Shown here: one piece after another, positions 27,274-41,099 of the stretch
Numbering within the stretch: position 1 is the first letter of the stretch
How the letters are laid out: every line of letters begins with the position of its first letter
From: Octopus vulgaris
Lineage: Eukaryota
DNA length: 64,000 nt
Reading direction: 5' to 3'
Assembly: GCA_951406725.2 (NCBI GenBank)
Contig: OX597820.1
Span: 126,852,001-126,916,000 of the forward strand
Made by a program: the position numbers and the translations under genes
Notes under the pieces: model-generated
Database searches by the model: none
Told to the model about the DNA's origin: nothing
What the model saw: the letters and a program-made list of their open reading frames with translations, nothing else

Positions 27274-28570
27274 ACTATTTAAAACCCTGTGTTTAACTTT
27301 AAGATTAATTGTCACTATGTTAGTCACAGTCTTTTGTGGCTGTGTGGTAAGAAGTTTGCTTCCCAACCCTATGATTCTGGGTTCAGTCCTTCTATGTAGT
27401 ATCTTGAGCAAGCATCTTCTACTCTAGCCTCAGGCCCACCTAAGCATGTGAGTGGATTTGGTAGATGGAAACTGAAAGAAGCCCATTGTATACATGTGTG
27501 TGTGTCTTTGTATTTGTGTTTGTCCCCATCACTGCTTGACAACCAGTGTTGGTGTGTTTACATCCCCATCACTTAGTGACTCAGTAAAGAGACCAAAAAA
27601 GTAAGTACCAGGCTTTAAAAAAAAGTACCAGGATTGTTTCATTTGATGAAAAGTTGTACTGGTTCCAGTCTAATGACTGGAACCAGTACAACATAACAAA
27701 TGATATGTCTGCTTTCTGATCCCTTTTTTAACTCTCTTCTGACAAGTTTGTGGTGCACCTGAGCCCTACCTGCATGCAATATGGTCATTAATATTATTCA
27801 TATTCCACCCATTGCAAGGACAGAATATTTTGGGTGGTTGATTCACTAACAAAAGATTTATGCAGGGCTTCTATTCTATTTCTTCTTCTTCTTCTTCTTC
27901 CTCCTCCTCCTCCTCCTCCTCCTCTACCTCCTCTACCTCCTCCCTCCCTACCTCTTCTTCTTCCTTCTCCTTCATCTTCTCTCTCTTCTCTTCTTCCGCC
28001 TTCATTTCCTACCCTCCTCTTCCTCCCCCTTCCTCCCTCCCTCCCTACCTCTTCTTCTTCCTTCTCCTTCATCTTCTCTCTCTTCTTTTCCTTCCCCACC
28101 CTACAATGTCATTCTAAAAATAAATAACCACATCAACAAAATCTCAAAGCTGTGAGATAAGCTAGGATTAATTCGAAGCAATGTGAATAAATAAACATTA
28201 TAAAGCGTAAAGACCCACTTCGGTCATGAGGGAGTGAGTTCGATTCCCAGACCAGGTTGTGTGTTGTGTTCTTGAGCAAGACACTTTATTTCACGTTGCT
28301 CCATTTCACTCAGCTGTAGAAATGAGTTGCAACATCACTGATGGCAAGTAGGGTCAGCCTTTGCCTCTCCCTTAGTGACAGGGAGAAGGGAGGCTGGTAT
28401 GCATGGGCAACTGCTGGTCTTCTATAAACAACCTTGCCCAGATTTATGCCTTGGAGGGTAATTTTCCAGGTGCAACCCATGGTCATTCATGACCAAAGGG
28501 GTTTACTGCCTGCAGGATGCTGACACTCGTTTATAATAAGTGTGTGATGCCAAGGCAACAAGACACTCCC

Positions 28571-28613
<43 letters not shown>

Positions 28614-29763
28614 GGCTTCTTCCAGTTTTTGTCCACCAGATCCACTCACAAGGCTTTGGCTATCCAAGGACTATGAGCAGAAGACACTTGCTCATAATGC
28701 AACCAAGGAAATCTAGAAATCCAACCATTGCTTGTTCTGAATGCTTCTCAGCAGCCACTTTCTTTCCGCTCTTTAAGCATCTTAGAAATACCTGACCCCA
28801 AAACAAATAAACACATGCATAACAGACGTTCTTAACCCTTTGGCATTCATATTTCTCTGTCGAATGTAATACTTATTTATTCACATTGTATCACAAATAT
28901 CATACCTTGTAGCATCAAGTCTTCGATAATGTGATTGTCTATCTTTTAGAGCTGCATTGTAGGGGGAGATGAGAAAGGCTAGATATGAGTGGTCTAAACA
29001 TAAAATAAGTAGACTGTTTGAACCAGATATGGCCAGTTTAAAGGGGCAAATCATTGTGTTTGATCAGTTATTGATGCTAACAAAGGCTTTTCCATACAAA
29101 GGAATAAGATTGGCCAGGTGTTGTATTCATTACCTTCCATAAACTGGAAATGTACACAATTCTTGATCATTTCAGATTGTAGATCCTTTGAAATTCACTG
29201 ACCTCCACAGAAATTTTAAAAGCTAAATCTTTAAGATTCTTCAGTTTTGTGATCATTTATAACCCTATTTTGTTCATAAAGCCATTATTTTCCATTTTTC
29301 TGTAAAATCAACAGCTTTCACAGTTGTACTATTCATTCAGTCTACAGTTTGGACATACTGGAAGCAGAGTTGCCAAATTAAAATTCAGTTAGTTAGGTAT
29401 TCTGAGGTTTATAGCAAGAGTTAGCATAATAAAAAAGATATGACTATGAGAAAAGCATGTCCTTCACTAATCATTATAATAATCACCATCATCATTTTTA
29501 CATCCACTTTTCCATATTCACGTTGGTCAGACAAAATTTTTGAGGTAGATTTTCTATACGTTGATGCCCTTTCTGTTACAGACTCTCACCTATTTCCAAG
29601 TAAGGTAATATTTCTCCATGAAAAGACATGGAGAAATCTCTGTTCCTTTTACCATTAAATGAACAGAAAACTGGAAATGAAGGACACCGCTTGCATAATG
29701 GTGACACTCGTTTACAACTATCATGCAATAACAGTCTCTTTCTTTCTCTCTCTCTCTCTCTCC

Positions 29764-29795
<32 letters not shown>

Positions 29796-31049
29796 TACAC
29801 ACACACGATGAGCTTCTTTCTGTTTTTATCTACCAAATCCATGCACATGGCCTAATGGAGGTGCATGGCTTAGTGGTTAGGGTGTTGGACTCATGATCGT
29901 AAGATTGTGGTCTCAATTCCTGGACCAGGTTATGCATTGTGTTCTTGAGCAAAACACTTCATTTCGTGTTGCTCTAGTCCACTCAGTTGCCTAAAATGGT
30001 AGGGAATTCATATGGCCCTTATGAGTTGGAATAACTCAAAAAGATAATTTAACTTACTTACCTTACATTACTCCCATGGCTTTGGCCATCCCAAGACTGT
30101 GGCAGAAGACACTTTCCCATGGTGCCACACAGTAAAATTGAACACCGAACCACTTGTTTGAGCAGCAAACTTCATATCACTCAGCTACACCTGAGCTTGT
30201 TAATTACTACAGCAGTAAATTAAAGTATTAGATTCTAATTAAAAGAAAATAATGTTATTTCAAGAAAAAAAAAACCTGCCAAAACTTAATTAGTTTCGCT
30301 TATAATTAAACATCTAAATTCCACTTCATAACATAATAAACAAAAAGTTGGTTTAGTTTCATTTTAGTCAAGAGGAAGAATATGAATTATGCCCCTATAA
30401 GGTTAATATGCAGAGTTATGGAGACTGGTTGAAATAGCTAGCAAGTCTCCATGTCATTTTGACAGTAACAACTGTTTTGGCTATTCCAAAATTGCTAAAT
30501 ATGATTAGGCCTTAATTTTGCCAATAATTTTGACATAGAGCGTGATTAGGCTTGCTAATTATAATTACAAAACCACTAATGAGGAAACTAGCTATGGTAC
30601 TATACATTATTTTAAAAATTAACTATGTTTATAGCTATACACAAAGCGACCATTTTCATTAGTTATGTTGTGTTAAAATATGATAAATCTAGCTGGGAAT
30701 TGACTAGATTAGCTGCCCTGACTGAAAAGGTGAATTAATTCAAAAGATTTCAAGATGAAAGCGTATTGGAGAGACTACACATACAGTATGTGTACACAAT
30801 GTTAACATGCAAACTAACAGAATTACTGAATGAGAGAAGTAAAACTCACACACACACACACATCACTAAGGTGTATTATTGCAATTAAGCTTTTAAAGCA
30901 ATTATTATGAATGTTCTGCCTTTATTTCACATAATTAACACAATTAAGTTATATTTATAATTTTTTAAAACTTATCAAAGTGAGTTATAGTTAGATTGAT
31001 CATTAAATGAGGTATTTCTGTAGATATATATATCAGCTGCATTATCATT

Positions 31050-31081
<32 letters not shown>

Positions 31082-31756
31082 AGTCATTTAACGTCTGACT
31101 TCTATGCTGGCATGGGTTGGACTTCATCAAGCTCCACTGTTTTCCTTTGGCATGGATTTTACGGCTGATGTCCTTCCTATGCCAACCACTTTACAGAGTG
31201 TACTGGACACTTTTTTTACATGGCACCAGCACTAGTGAGGTCACCAGATAACTTGCATGACAAAGATCATTCAAATGAGAGAAGGAGTGGCATTGAGAGA
31301 TGTGGCTTTGGTCCGGCTGATAAGAGACAAGAGTATAACAGAGGGACAGAAACAGGTGTCTTGTTGTAGAGGAGGTACACAGTTATCCTAATCAAAGAAA
31401 GAGAGAGAGAGAGTTAGAGTGAGAGAAAGTGGGAGGAAGAGAGAGTAAGAGAGATGGTAGTGATATGCGAAGGTATACTCTCAAGGTTCAAGAATGTAAA
31501 TATAAATGGAATTGTAGAGGATTTCCCAGGGTGCATGACCAGGGAGTTTACAAAAGTGCAAGGGGAGGGAGAGGGGAGGAAAAGGGAAACACAGTGAGTG
31601 ATGAAACACAAGTCAGATTATACAATAGAAGCAACTCTACAATGTAAACATTATCAATATTGTATACTTAATGTATGTTGTTTAAATGTCAGAAGCTGCA
31701 GTTTTTCATCCAAGAGAAATCCATTTAAATTTGTATAGTGTTAAAAACCACAGTAT

Positions 31757-31932
31757 ATGCATACATACATACACACACACATACATACATACACACATGC
31801 ACATACATACATACATACATACATACATACATACATACATACATACATACATACATACACATACATACATACATACATACATACATACATACACACACAT
31901 ACATACATACATACATACATACATACATACAT

Positions 31933-31965
<33 letters not shown>

Positions 31966-31973
31966 TACATACA

Positions 31974-32004
<31 letters not shown>

Positions 32005-32345
32005 GCATACATACACACACACATACATACATACATACATACATACACATGCACATACATACATACATACATACATGCATACATACATACACACACACAT
32101 ACATACACACACACACACACATACATACATACATACATACATACACACACATACATACATACATACATACACACACACATACATACATACATACATACAT
32201 ACACACACACATACATACATACATACATACATAAATACATACATACATACATACATACACACACACATACACACACACATACACACATACATACACACAC
32301 ACATACATACACACATACATACATACACACATACATACATACATA
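31757..32345. repeat. (CATA)n/(CA)n compound microsatellite
   Basis: Directly visible, ~590 bp. Confidence 0.95.
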
Positions 32346-34584
32346 TCTAATGTAAACAAAGGAATGCAAATGATGGTATTATATTTATCAATCAATTGTG
32401 ATCATTTTGATATTTAGGGGAATCGATACATCATTTAATATATTGATTTATTCAAAGAGGATAAAAATTATGACTGAGTTTTAGAGAAACAAAAATTTGA
32501 TACTCGGGATTGAATTGTCCTGGAATAAATCATGCTTTTCATCTTCATCCCCATCCTCATCATAATCATCATTACCATCGTCATAACTTTTGTGCCTGCT
32601 TTTCTATGCTTGCATAAATTAGCTGAGAGTGTGTTGGAGCAGTTTTCTATGGCCAGATGCCCTTCCTCACACCAACCCCCCCACCTCTGGAAACAAGTGA
32701 CACTGAATGAATGAGCCTTTTGTTCACAAGGCTCCCACAACATGCCATGACAGGTCAAGAAGCTCAGACCTGCTTTTGTAGTAGAATGCAAGCAAAGGAA
32801 AATGTGAAAGTTTTGTTTATAATCAGGGAACACACATAAAGGCAAAGGGTAACACCAAATCACTCACACACAGAGTTATGCCTGTTGCCTATTGTATCTT
32901 CCACCATTGCCATACATACATTTTGGTAAATCTTTATAAATTCAGGAATACTTAAAGGTAGTACAAGTAAGGTTTTTTGAATAAATATTAAGAAACTAGA
33001 TTTGTTATTTCTATGTATCATCTGGTTGTAGAATATGAGATTATTATTAGTATTGTTGCATTACCAAAAGACTGGCACTTCTGATTTCCTTGTACCATAT
33101 TCTTGGTTATAACATCTGTTAATGAGGCACAAAAGGAGCATTTACGCAGCCACTTAACTTACTAGAAATAGAAACTAAATCTTTACATTACACACAGCTC
33201 ATCTTTAAAAAATCGAAAGAGTAATAATAGCTCTTTCTTCAGCAGGTACAAGGCCTAAAATTTGAGGAAGAGACAGCAGGTCAATCACTTCGACCCTAAT
33301 GTTCAACTGGTACTTGCTTCATTGACCAAAAGGTTGAAAGACAAGGTCAACCTTGGTAGAACTTAAACTTAGAGCATAAAGACAGACGAAATGCTGCTAA
33401 GGATCTTGCCGGGCATGTAATAATCAATTCTACCACAAGCACAAGGCCTGCAATATGCAGGGAGGGGGATAATCGATTACATCGACCCCAGTACTTGACT
33501 GGTTCTTAATTTATCGACCCCGAAAGGATGAAAGGCAAAGTCTACCTCAGCGGAATTTGAACTCAGAAATACTGCTAAGCATTTTGCCTGGCATGCTAAC
33601 GACTCTGCCAGCTTGCCACCTTTCCTGCCTTATTAATAATAATAATCCTTTCTACTATATACACAAAACCTGAAATTTATTCCAACCCCAGTACTTGACT
33701 GGTACCTAATGTATTGACCCCAAAAGAGAATGAAAGGCAAAGCCAACCTTGATGGAACTTGAACTCAGAATGTAAAAACTCAGAATGTAAAATAATGATG
33801 AAGATGGTGGTGGTGGTGGTTTTGGTGGTGGTAGTGATGGTGGTGGTGGTGGTGGTTTTGGTGGTGGTAGTGATGGTGGTGGTGGTGGATGGTTTTGGTG
33901 GTGGTGGTGGTGGTGGTGGTGGTGTCAACAGCAATGAAGACAAATGATGATGATGACGGACTCTCCCATCGAAGATGATGCATGGATGTTCAGCTGTTGT
34001 TGAAGAAGCTGCACAAATGATTTGTTTATAGGAATCGAATGCAAGTGCTGTGTATTAGCCTGCTCCCTCCATTAAATCTACGTTACCTGAACAGGTGCAC
34101 AAGTCTACCACGTGTCAGGTGTCAAAGTGATTGCACAGCAATGCGAGAAGCGTTTTACTCCAGAACGCAATGCACTCATCACTCTGGGAATTGAAACCAT
34201 GATCCCACAATCATGAGTGCAAGACCCTAACAACTAGGCAATGCATCCTCACAATAATAATAACAATAACAACAACAACAACAACAACAACAATAATAAT
34301 AATTAATTCTTTTTATTGGCCACAAGGGCTGACACACATGATTAGTAAACATAAAGGCAAGCAAGTCCAGTGCGATTTACCATAAATCACACTCTAAGAG
34401 AGGAAGAAAATGAATAACATACTGGAAAATGTAGCCCTAGATAGACAATACCAGGCAAATTTTGATCAGGATTGGAATATCTTTAGCCATAGGTCTGCTT
34501 GGTCAATCAGAATAAGCCCTGAGCTTGAATAATAACAATGTTATTGTTGTTGTTATTGTTGGTGGGTTTTATATATATATATAA

Positions 34585-34749
34585 AATTAGAAAAAAACAC
34601 CTTTTATCAATTCAAAATGAACAATTAAATTACACCATCTAGAAAATTACGTATAATAGAAATTTTAATACTTCTATTATATGTAATTTTCTAGATGGTG
34701 TAATTTAATTGTTCATTTTAAATTGATAAAAGGTGTTTATTTCTAAATT
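34585..34749. repeat. Short fold-back (~75-bp arms) next to (TA)n
   Basis: CACCTTTTATCAATTCAAAATGAACAATTAAATTACACCATCTAGAAAATTAC and its reverse complement; the same arm recurs at ~44472-44545. Confidence 0.85.
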
Positions 34750-34795
34750 GAATTTTTCCCTGTAAGTTAGGAATAATATTCCCTTAAATAATAAT

Positions 34796-34836
<41 letters not shown>

Positions 34837-35409
34837 ATTTATATATTCATATTCTCTCCCTTTTTTTTATATTTCTTTAATATTTTGTTGATTTTTTTTC
34901 CTCTTCTTTTATTTCTCCTCTTTCCCTTCTGTCTTTTTCCGCCATTACTTCTCTTTTTCCTTCTTCTCCTTCTCCTCCTTTTGTTCTCCCCCCTTGTTCC
35001 CCTTCCACTTCCTCCTCTTGTTCTTCTTGTTCCTCCCTTTGTTCCTCCTTCTCCTCCTCACCACCCTCATCTTCCCTCCCTCATTATATTTCTAATTCCC
35101 TATTATTCAGTTATTTCTTTTACATAATTATTTCTGTATTTTCATATTTTGTTTTTTGATTTCTTTTTTTTTTTTTCGTGTTGTTTGCAACATGAGATAA
35201 CCGAAGGGATAACTGGGAATAAGTGCGAAAAGATTCCTCAAAAATGGGACAGAGCCGAATGAGAGAGGGCACAAGGAGGGGTTCGGGGGTGGAGGAAGGT
35301 GTGCAGGAAAGACATGGGGGTAGGGTGGGGTAAGATGAAATGATGTGGAGTGTGGAAGGGGAAGGAGTAGTTTTGAAAATGGTAACAGCATGAATTGCCA
35401 AACATTCCC

Positions 35410-35555
35410 TACACTTCCTGCGACTGCTTCTGAAAAACAAAATGACAAAATACATAAATAATGACACAGGTATTTACCATATACACAGATGAAATATATA
35501 TATATATGGATATGAATGTGTATGTATATATAACATATATATATATGTGTATGTG

Positions 35556-35590
<35 letters not shown>

Positions 35591-35705
35591 TATATATACA
35601 TACACATTCATACCTATGTATATATTTCATCTATGTATATAGTTAATACCTATGTAACTATGTATTTCGTCATTCTGTTTTTCAGAAGCAGTCACAGGAA
35701 GTGTA
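35410..35705. repeat. Inverted repeat (~90-bp arms) around a TA/TG microsatellite
   Basis: TACACTTCCTGCGACTGCTTCTGAAAAACAAAATGAC... vs ...GTCATTCTGTTTTTCAGAAGCAGTCACAGGAAGTGTA. Confidence 0.85.
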
Positions 35706-35771
35706 ATATATACACACACACGCACATATTGTATGCATATATATTTATATAATATGTGAAAAACTATATAT

Positions 35772-35818
<47 letters not shown>

Positions 35819-36752
35819 GTATATATTTATGTATGTATTATATATACCTCACCTGGTGCATGTATGTTTATAAGTGCAGACAAATATATATATATAGATA
35901 GATAGATAGATAGATAGATAGGTATAGCAAAGAGAGAGAGAGAGAGAGAAACAGACAGACAGAAAGACAGATAGATATCAATAAAGACTTTGGCAATAGA
36001 TGACCAGCCATATCTCTTCATGACCAACTCCATAAGTAACCAAGACATTGTTCCATTCTTCAACCACGAATCACACCCACCAGAACAGCACCACCACCAC
36101 CACCACCACCACCACTACTATTACTACTTTCCCTTTATCCCTGTTGTCCTTCTCCTCTTTTTCCTCCTCTACAATGCCATAATATCTATTGTATTTCATT
36201 CTATGTCTTGTGCAATACAGAAAGTAAATTCTGTCACTTGTTGCTAAGCAAAATACAAAATGTCGACAAGACAACCAGCATTATTAACCTGATGCCTTCT
36301 GACAATTATTTGTCAATGAATGTTTGTTAATTTGCATTTTTATACAAATATAGTTGTGTGCTTTGGTTTGAATTCTTGCCTTATCAATGAACCATTAATA
36401 TTGCTCAGAGAACATCTTTAAAATAAAATATTTTATTAATGATATCTATAAGCTATGATGAACATAACTAGGATTAAATTCAGATTCATAAGTTACGATG
36501 TTGCTGCAGCTGTTGTGTACTGCCCCTAGATGTGGGGTATGGCTGTGGGGTTAAGAAACTTGCTTCGCAACTGTTTCAATCCTATTGTATGGTGTTTTAG
36601 GCAATTGGTTTCTATCCCATACCTCCAAGCAAATCAAAGCTTTGTGAGTAGATTTTGTAGATGGAAACTGTGTGAATCCATCATTTATATATACACACAA
36701 ACATATATAAATATAAATGCATGTGTGTGTGTGTATGTGCATTCATGTGTAT

Positions 36753-37090
36753 GAAGGTACAGAGTTCATTGGTTAGAACATCAGGCTCACAATCATGAGG
36801 TTGTGAGTTCGATTCCCAGACTGGGCAGCTTGTTGTGTTCTTGAGCAAGACACTTTATTTCACGTTGCTCCAGTTCACTCAGCTGTAGAAATGAGATGCA
36901 ATGTCACTGGTGCCAAGCAGTATTGGCCTTTGCCTTTCCCTTGGATAACACCAGTGGCGTGGAGAGGGTAGGCTGGTGTGCATGGGCAACTGCTGGTCTT
37001 CCAAAAACAGCCTTCTCTGAACTTGTGCCTCAGAGGGTACACTTTCTAGGTCCAATCCCATGGTCATTCATGGCCAAAGGGGTCTTTTCC
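36753..37090 (+). mobile_element. SINE family C (tRNA-like head, Deu/Nin-like core)
   Basis: GAGTTCGATTCCC B box and GTTCTTGAGCAAGACACTT...CACTCAGCTGTAGAAATGAG. Relatives at ~7035-7300, 28230-28505, 29857-29995, 63030-63270. Confidence 0.75.
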
Positions 37091-37758
37091 CTTTATATAT
37101 ATATATATGTATGTTTGTATGTATGTATGTATGTATGTATGTATGTATGTATGTATGTATGTATGTATGTATGTATGTATGTATGTATATATAAATGGAA
37201 CAAAATGCAATGCAGTGCATTAAAACATTCGGACAGATAAACGATTCAAAGGCGCACAAGAGAATCAACAATTAGAAGGACAGGCAAAAATGACGTGGCC
37301 TTCTTTCTTCAGTCAAGTCCCAGAAGTCACGACCGTTTCGGGCAGTTACACTTGAGATGGTTCAATCTAGTTGCCCCCAAAAAGGTCTAAGCTAAGAGCA
37401 TCAAACCCCTTTGTAAGAAACCTAGCAAATATGTATGGCAACAAAGACAAAAAACAAACAAAACACAAACAAAAAAATGGAGAACATGGTACACAATTAT
37501 GAATACAAACAACAAGAAATAACAACAGGCATCTTTCGACTGGGAATGAATCAAACTGAGCTGGCGTGTATGAAGAGAAAACCTAAAGGCTGGAACATAG
37601 GAGATGGACACAAGAGCTGTTGACGGTCGGCAGTTAGGCCAAGAAAGATCAGGGCAATATATATATATATATGTAATTATTACATTAAGGGCTATTACTG
37701 TAAGAAAAGCCACTTGCTGAAAAGGAACACTAAAGTCAAACTAGTTTATCAAATACAC

Positions 37759-38152
37759 ACATGAACTGAAGTCAAAGAAATGAACAAAGAAAAAAATTTC
37801 TGTTGCATATCGAAACAATTTCATGTTCAGCTCTGTAACATGCTCTCCACTCGTCAGTGCAAGCATAACCAGAAATATATGAATATATATATACCATATG
37901 AACACAACGTCTCCACTGAGCATGAACAAGATAGAAGTTTTTTTATGGATATGTGTGAACATTTGTATATGCTCTGTGAATACATTGTGTTTCTATGGTA
38001 TGCTTAAGTGTGTATATTTATACATTTCTGGTTATGTTTGCACCAACACATGGAGAGTATGTTACAGTGCTGACCATGAAATCCTTTTGATATGCAACTG
38101 AACCTTTTTAAAAAAATTTTTCCCTGTTCATTTCTTTGATTTAAGTGCATGT
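37759..38152. repeat. Diverged fold-back element (~170-190-bp arms)
   Basis: GTTGCATATCGAAACAATTTCATGTTCAGCTCTGTAACATGCTCTCCA pairs imperfectly with TGGAGAGTATGTTACAGTGCTGACCATGAAATCCTTTTGATATGCAAC. Confidence 0.75.
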
Positions 38153-38592
38153 CTGAAACCATTGGTCCAGGAGTTAGATGGTAAATGTTTTTATTTTTCA
38201 TTCCCTTTGAAATTTTATCCCTAATACTTGTTTGGAATTTAACTGTTCTCTCTAGCGTGCAAGGAGTCCTATGATGGATGCCTCTTATGTGTTTAAATAT
38301 ACACTGTATACATACATATATATATATATGCTCGTGTTTCGAGTTCTTTTTATCCTGTTTGCATCACCAAACCTATATATACATACATATACACATGCAT
38401 ACATATATATATACATAATGGCATAAAATTGCAAGGACTTTTGGTTGGTGATTGATAAAGGACGAGTTTGTCCACATCTTCAGTGTTTTTTCCAGTTACC
38501 ATTGTGTTCTTTTGTCATCTTTCTGAGCAACTTTTTACCCCCTCTTTTTCTCTTTCACCCTCTCTCTGATACTCTATCTATCTATTTATCTG

Positions 38593-38657
<65 letters not shown>

Positions 38658-38704
38658 TTACATATGTGTGTGTATGTGTGGGTATGTAAATGTATATATA
38701 TAAA

Positions 38705-38748
<44 letters not shown>

Positions 38749-39224
38749 GCACACATGCACACACACGTACATAATTATACATATACTCTCACATATATTA
38801 GACAAAGGCATCCAAGCTTCAACCAATGACAAGTATAATATTTACATGGCTTCCTTTCAGCCGCCAATGTCTAGAACAGATGAATGTGTATAATCAAATT
38901 ACTAACCAGAATGTAGTTGCTCTGAATGTATGTATGTACATATACATATACACATACATATATGCATACATACATACATACGTACATACATATGTACATA
39001 CGTACATACATACATACGAACAAACATACATGCATACACATATACATTCATATATATGCATGTATGCATGTATATATATATATGTATATGTGTATATATG
39101 TATGTATGTGTATATATTTATATGTATATGTATGTGTATATATTTATATGTATATGTATGTGTATATATATATATATATATATTTGTATGTATATATATA
39201 TATTTGTATGCATATATATATATT

Positions 39225-39262
<38 letters not shown>

Positions 39263-40033
39263 TGTATATGTATATATGTATATATGTATGTAGTATGTAT
39301 GTAGCATGTATGTATGTATACTTGTATGTATATAAATGAATGTATGTGTGTTGTGCGTGTAGAATTGTCAGTAGTACATATATCCTCCAACACAATGCAC
39401 TTAACAAGTTAGGCAACCAGTGGATTTCCAGTCAAACTGAAAATCAATGCAACATAGTACAAAGCAACCATGTCATTTCTAGCAAATCGTATATGTATGA
39501 ATTGCTAGAGATAGCAGCCAAATCACCCTTAGATCACATTATTTTGTCCCAAAAAATAAGGGACATGTAGTGGATCATGTAAGCTTTGATATGTTATGTT
39601 TGAAATTTGAAAATGAATGACATGGTTATAACAGAAATACCCTTTTATCATTGTATATTTATAGTTTGATTTTCTGGGGGTTTTGGTGTGTTTTATTCTG
39701 TGTGCTGCGCATGTTGTTTTGGATTTCATTGCTGTCTTTCTTTAGTTGACTTTTTGCTGTTTTCTGTCCTCTCGTTTACCCTTTCCCAACAAGCTGTAGT
39801 GAATATGACCACTGTATTAAGCTCATTATATATATGTATATATATATATATCATCATCATCATCATCGTTTAACGTCCGTTCTCCATGCTAGCATGGGTT
39901 GGACGGTTCGACCGGGTATCTGGGAAGCCAGGAGGCTGCACCAGGCTCCAGTCTGATCTGGCAGTGTTTCTACAGCTGGATGCCCTTCCTAACGCCAACC
40001 ACTCTGTGAGTGGTGGTGGTGGTGGTGGTGGTG

Positions 40034-40096
<63 letters not shown>

Positions 40097-40611
40097 ACAG
40101 TAGTAGTAGTAGTAGCAGCAGCAGCAGAGCAGTAGTAGTAGTGATTTCATAAGAATTTAGAAACTTTGAAACAAAAAAGTCAGGCAGCCCTTGGCTATTT
40201 CTACACAAAAGGTTTTAAAACCAATACCTACATGCTGCTATTTATAGCTTTATTTGCTTTGAATTTCACCATTCCAAAAATATATCATCATCATCATCGT
40301 CGTTTAATGTCTGCTTTCCATGCTAGCATGGGTTGGACGATTTTGACTGAGGGCTGGCGAACCAGATGGCTCCAATCTTGATCTGGCAGAGTTTCTACAG
40401 CTGGATGCCCTTTCTAAAGCCAACCATTCCGAGAGTGTAGTGGGTGCTTTTTACATGCCATCTGCACAGAGGCTAGTCAGGTGGTACTGGCAATGACCTT
40501 GCTCGAATCTTCTTATACATGCCACCGGCACAGGTGCCAGTAAGGCGACGCTGGTAACAATCACGCACGAATGGTGCTCTTTGCACCCTACTAGCACGGG
40601 GCACAAGTGCC

Positions 40612-40806
40612 AGTATTTGTATCTAAAGCGTCACATTTACATTTGTAGCAGTTGACTATTATGCTGCTACACCAGTCATTGGGTATGACTCCTTCGTGTA
40701 TCACCTGGTTAACTATATGGGTTACTAGGCTATAGCTGACACTGCCAGATATTTTGAGCATCTCTGCAGTAATTCCTGATGGGCCGGGGGCTTTCCCTGT
40801 CTTCAT
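40612..40806 (-). pseudogene. RTE-clade reverse transcriptase N-terminal fragment
   Basis: MKTGKAPGPSGITAEMLK...IPNDWCSSIIVNCYKCKCDALDTN. Confidence 0.85.
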
Positions 40807-41063
40807 ACGAAAGTAGTATTGAGTAATTCTTCAGTTTAATATTAAATTGCTTTTATTATAACTCAGCATAAAAATAATCATATAGGTACAGACATAGCTG
40901 TGTGGTAAGTAGCTTGCTTACCAACCACATGGTTCCGGGTTCAGTCTCATTGCATGGCACCTTGGGCAAGTGTCTTCTGCTATAGCCTTGGGTCAACCAA
41001 AGCCTTGTGAGTGGATTTGGTAGACAGAAACTGAAAGAAGCCTGTCGTAAATATGTATATGTA

Positions 41064-41099
<36 letters not shown>

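Noticed and set aside
27794-28127. Pro/Ser/Glu-rich ORFs (also 42751-43101, 33677-33983)
   Set aside because: Trinucleotide and pyrimidine-rich low-complexity DNA with no splice or codon evidence.
37295-37380. Minus-strand GAAA...CTGAAGA as a hammerhead
   Set aside because: The sequences flanking the two boxes do not pair as stem II.
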